From NCBI GenBank assembly GCA_965249725.1, contig OZ252251.1, positions 352,001 through 416,000 on the forward strand: DNA of 64,000 nucleotides, given 5' to 3'. The translations under genes and the position numbers were made by a program. The stretch comes from Longimicrobiales bacterium. GTDB taxonomy: Bacteria; Gemmatimonadota; Gemmatimonadetes; Longimicrobiales; Gaopeijiaceae. Under the pieces are notes generated by a model. The model was not told the DNA's origin, did no database searches, and saw only the letters and a program-made list of their open reading frames with translations. Position 1 is the first letter of the stretch. Each line of letters opens with the position of its first letter. Positions 63,661 through 64,000 of the stretch are shown in pieces.

Positions 63661-64000
63661 TCAATGACTCCCTTTTCGCGGAGGCTCTCGTCGATTTGGG
63701 CCTTGAAGACTTCGCCTCCGGCGATGGCCTCGATGCGCGCGGCCTCGCGGGCCTGCAGTGCTTCTACGAGGTCCGCCACCTCCTCCGCCGCCTCGCGCGG
63801 CACCACGACCACACCGTCCTCATCGCCGATGACGATGTCCCCCGGCATCACGACCGTACCCCCGCAGGCAACCGGGACGTTGATCTCCCCTGGGCCATCC
63901 TTGTCACATCCGCCCGGGTTCACCGATCGGCTGAAGACGGGGAAGGACAGATCGGTGATCTCGGCAACGTCGCGCACCGCCCCGTCCACCACGATGCCGC
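63657..64000 (-). CDS. RraA / HMG-CHA aldolase family protein (C-terminal part, 5' end outside the window)
   Basis: VDGAVRD, FPVF, GEINVPVACGG, PGDIVIGDEDGVVVVP. Confidence 0.88.
   Translation of the reverse strand, partial: GIVVDGAVRDVAEITDLSFPVFSRSVNPGGCDKDGPGEINVPVACGGTVVMPGDIVIGDEDGVVVVPREAAEEVADLVEALQAREAARIEAIAGGEVFKAQIDESLREKGVIE

Overview
A GC-rich, gene-dense bacterial chromosomal window. The gene set and protein styles suggest Gemmatimonadota, but this is inference only. It is mostly housekeeping and envelope genes: two sigma factors, rsgA, an iron/B12-type ABC importer, trpE, ctaA, sucA, large NAD-glutamate dehydrogenase, glycosyltransferases, minor type IV pilins and a LeuCD-like catabolic cluster. 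I found no rRNA, tRNA, CRISPR array, integrase or transposase. Main findings: (1) an OsmC/Ohr-family gene that the ORF caller split at an in-frame UGA. The UGA sits at the catalytic-Cys position and is followed by a SECIS-like hairpin, so this is a probable selenoprotein (39779-40243), translationally coupled to yfiH/pgeF and a 4-Cys mini-protein. (2) An operon of a membrane protein, an SbcD-like protein and an SbcC-like protein in which the nuclease and ATPase catalytic motifs are all degenerate but the Rad50 zinc hook is kept; an intact YhaO/YhaN pair lies about 33 kb away. (3) A Fur-box-like site upstream of an ECF sigma-PspA pair with no adjacent anti-sigma gene. (4) A V4R/BchJ-like protein next to a histidine-kinase-like protein that lacks the H-box His. 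(5) Two related 14-bp intergenic tandem arrays. (6) A LeuCD-type hydro-lyase with altered active-site motifs, clustered with an aminotransferase and an RraA/HMG aldolase. All family calls come from motif recognition by eye; no searches were run.
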